DNA of 34,569 nucleotides from Acutalibacteraceae bacterium (GTDB lineage Bacteria; Bacillota; Clostridia; Oscillospirales; Acutalibacteraceae): NCBI GenBank assembly GCA_045119575.1, contig JBGVDX010000188.1, positions 1 to 34,569 of the forward strand, read 5' to 3'. Shown piece by piece: positions 32,346 to 34,569 of this stretch (position 1 is its first letter; each line of letters starts with the position of its first letter). The notes under the pieces were generated by a model. It saw only the letters and a program-made list of their open reading frames with translations, ran no database searches and was not told where the DNA came from. The position numbers and the translations under genes were made by a program.

Positions 32346-34552
32346 TGATTTATCCGTCAATGAGAGGTAAACAATCGGCAAGAATATCAATTCCTTTGTT
32401 AAGTGGTGGCTTGAACGTTTCTCGTCAGGCCACCGAAATTAACGATAATCAGCTCACCGAGTGTACGAATATGTGGTTTAATGACGGTGTGCTTAAAACA
32501 AGACCGGGCGTTGAATGCAATTCTTATTTCGTAGACGATAAAATGGTCAATACGGGCATTAAAATTTCATACAACGGAAAAAGGTTAAGAGTATATCGCA
32601 TAATTGAGGAAAATCAAATATACATAACCCTTTATGACGATAACGGAACGGCTTTAAACGACACAGGTTTCTCGGTTGAAGGTACAGTTAAATCGGCTGT
32701 ATTTGCAGGGCATTTAAGCGCAAGCACGCAGTATATTTATTGCTATTATTCGTATTTGAAAGACGAGGAATTATTGTGCGGTGTTAAGCGATTTAAGATA
32801 GTTAAGAGTGATGTTGCAGGTGAGCTTCGAGACGGATTGTTTTCAGAAGATATTGCAGATATCGAATATTATGAACCAACCGTAATCGCAAACAACGATT
32901 TTTCAAACGACGGCTCGGTTAACGGAACAACCTTTGAAGGATATAACCTTTTGAACGGAAAACACAAGGTTTTATGTACATCAAAGGACAACGACGAGGA
33001 TAGCAACTATTTACATGCCTACATACCGTCAGAACAAAGAGAAGGCGTCCCGATTACAGTTGAATTTTATACTAAAAAATGGGGCTATCAAAAACTCGAA
33101 GTAGCGGGTCAAGATGGAGTATGGGATGCTGATTTTGCCCCGGAAAAAGACGGAGTAACTGTTACGGGTTATAGTTATCTTAATGTGCGATTTGAAAATA
33201 AAAGCCACATAAACAAATATGGCAATTACGCACAAAACTCTCAACTCACAATAGCGGCCGGATTTACAACCGGGAACGGCGAAGGTATCGGTGCAGGTTC
33301 GGGTTCGTCAAACGTTATTGTACATTTGGAACGTGACGTAGATACCGCCGACAAGGTTTGTTGCAACACTCAATCAATTTGGTACGGCGGCTCGACAGGC
33401 GGAATTAGCGGCGGCTCCTTTCTTTTTATGGCGGGAGCGGAACCGAACAAGCTGATATGGTCAGACGTTGATAATCCGCTTTATTTCCCTGAAAACAATT
33501 ATTTAAGGATTGGCCCTGATAGCGAAAAAATCACGAAATTAGCCAAAATGGGAAACAATCTTGTAGTATTCAAGGAACATTCGGTATATATCGTCACGTG
33601 CGTAGAAGGCGAGGGCGTAACCGTTGAGCAGTTAACAACCAGCGCGGTGACAGACGTAACCGCTTACGCCGCTACTTTCCCGACCGCAAATATCAATGAT
33701 GATATAGGTTGTGACCTTCCTGAAACCGTGCAATTATGCCGTAATCGTTTGGTATGGGCAAACAGCACAGGCAAGGTATATCAGATTGTCACCCATTCAA
33801 TGACAAGCGAAAGAAATATTTATGCCATAAGCGGCAATATTGAAAAGCTTATAAAACGAGAGCTGAAAAATATTGATAATCCAAAGCTGACCGCTTCGGC
33901 GACAAGCTGGCAGGGGTATTATCTTCTTGCGCTTGGCGGAAAGACCGTATTTGTCATGAATTACAACAACTACGGATTTAGTAATATTTATTCATACAGT
34001 AAAACGGAGGACGCCGAAAACCGAATTGAATGGTATAAATGGGAGTTCGCTTACGATGTGGTGAACGTGGCAAACGTGAATGAGAATGTGCTGATTACCG
34101 TTAGAGGCGAACGGAAATATGAGTCAGACACCGCGAGTACGTATAACTGGGTATGCAGATTAAACGAATTATCCGTTTATGATAATTATTTAGTCGGCTC
34201 AACAAACCTTGAAAAAGTCGACGAGTTAGACATTCCTTGTTATTTTGCTACAAAATGGTTTGATTTCGGCATGATGGATTATTATAAAGCGGTAGACCAG
34301 GTATATTTGACCGCAGGTAGCGAAAAGGGCGGAGATATTACTCTTTCGTATATCACGCAACGTGGTACCGTCGGAGAGAGAATAATAGGTCTCGAAACGG
34401 AAACACCCGACAACGAAAATTTCATAAAAACATACAGACAACTGCCAATGCAAAAGAGATTAAGACATTTTGGGCTTAAAATCTCGTCGCAAGGGCGGTT
34501 TGTTTTTGGCGGATTTGTAATTAAGTTTAAAGTAATGGGGGGCATTAAATAA
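32345..34552 (+). CDS. Tail nozzle-like structural protein (T7 gp12 / tail tubular B-like N-terminus)
   Basis: ISIPLLSGGLNVSRQATEINDNQLTECTNMWFNDGVLKTRPG parallels the T7 gp12 N-terminus as I remember it (IKNLKGGISQQPD...DQGSRQVNGW...GLQKRPP). Large beta-rich protein. TAATG coupling to the previous gene. Confidence 0.55.
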   Translation: MIYPSMRGKQSARISIPLLSGGLNVSRQATEINDNQLTECTNMWFNDGVLKTRPGVECNSYFVDDKMVNTGIKISYNGKRLRVYRIIEENQIYITLYDDNGTALNDTGFSVEGTVKSAVFAGHLSASTQYIYCYYSYLKDEELLCGVKRFKIVKSDVAGELRDGLFSEDIADIEYYEPTVIANNDFSNDGSVNGTTFEGYNLLNGKHKVLCTSKDNDEDSNYLHAYIPSEQREGVPITVEFYTKKWGYQKLEVAGQDGVWDADFAPEKDGVTVTGYSYLNVRFENKSHINKYGNYAQNSQLTIAAGFTTGNGEGIGAGSGSSNVIVHLERDVDTADKVCCNTQSIWYGGSTGGISGGSFLFMAGAEPNKLIWSDVDNPLYFPENNYLRIGPDSEKITKLAKMGNNLVVFKEHSVYIVTCVEGEGVTVEQLTTSAVTDVTAYAATFPTANINDDIGCDLPETVQLCRNRLVWANSTGKVYQIVTHSMTSERNIYAISGNIEKLIKRELKNIDNPKLTASATSWQGYYLLALGGKTVFVMNYNNYGFSNIYSYSKTEDAENRIEWYKWEFAYDVVNVANVNENVLITVRGERKYESDTASTYNWVCRLNELSVYDNYLVGSTNLEKVDELDIPCYFATKWFDFGMMDYYKAVDQVYLTAGSEKGGDITLSYITQRGTVGERIIGLETETPDNENFIKTYRQLPMQKRLRHFGLKISSQGRFVFGGFVIKFKVMGGIK

Positions 34553-34569
34553 TGAGTTATGTTGCTCAG
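34552..34569 (+). CDS. Start of a further structural gene, truncated by the window end
   Basis: ATG overlaps the previous TAA (TAATG). MSYVAQ... remains open to the last base. Only 6 codons are visible. Confidence 0.3.

Noticed and set aside
1-34569. The window as a complete circular genome whose ends join within one gene
   Set aside because: The ORF at the right edge ends on a codon boundary at 34569, but the open frame at the left edge starts at base 2. Frame 1 hits a stop within 40 nt. A direct end-to-end junction would therefore break the frame, and more sequence must lie between the edges.

Overview
The window reads as most of the genome of a temperate tailed phage of a Gram-positive host. 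The host call rests on strong GGAGG-type ribosome-binding sites (RBS), a CHAP plus PG_binding_1 endolysin, an LC3-type holin and ImmR/ImmA-type immunity. The phage is in the unintegrated (attP) configuration and I see no host genes. Both window edges cut through phage genes.

Gene order, left to right:
- A 5'-truncated coiled-coil virion protein.
- A 2555-aa mosaic giant virion protein with an HExxH zincin module, an ADP-ribosyltransferase (ART)-like module and transmembrane (TM) helices.
- A collagen-repeat tail fibre.
- A lysis cassette: holin-like protein, CHAP endolysin, LC3 holin.
- attP, consisting of a tRNA 3'-end fragment flanked by arm-type repeats, followed by a tyrosine integrase.
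- An AT-rich moron encoding a membrane/Cys-rich protein.
- An ImmA-like protease lying tail-to-tail with an XRE repressor.
- A ~415-bp switch region, then a Cro-like gene.
- A replication/recombination module: Gp157-like, Sak4-like ATPase, DUF669 SSB-like, ERCC4 nuclease, CHC2 zinc-finger protein and a DUF927-type helicase.
- An iteron/AT-rich candidate origin.
- About 15 small genes, many of them Cys-rich.
- A RinA/ArpU-like late regulator.
- TerS, TerL, scaffold, major capsid, portal, a small adaptor-like protein and a 735-aa protein whose N-terminus recalls the T7 gp12 nozzle.

The structural order is podovirus-like (nozzle, internal proteins, giant protein, fibre). No tape measure, tube or sheath is recognisable in the window.

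The most interesting items are:
- the giant effector-carrying virion protein;
- the lysogeny switch, which has two paralogous near-consensus promoters facing each other across ~300 bp, a strongly SD-led 22-codon ORF and an internal terminator;
- the convergent ImmA/repressor arrangement;
- the well-defined attP;
- the candidate origin.

All family names come from motif recognition by eye, not from searches.
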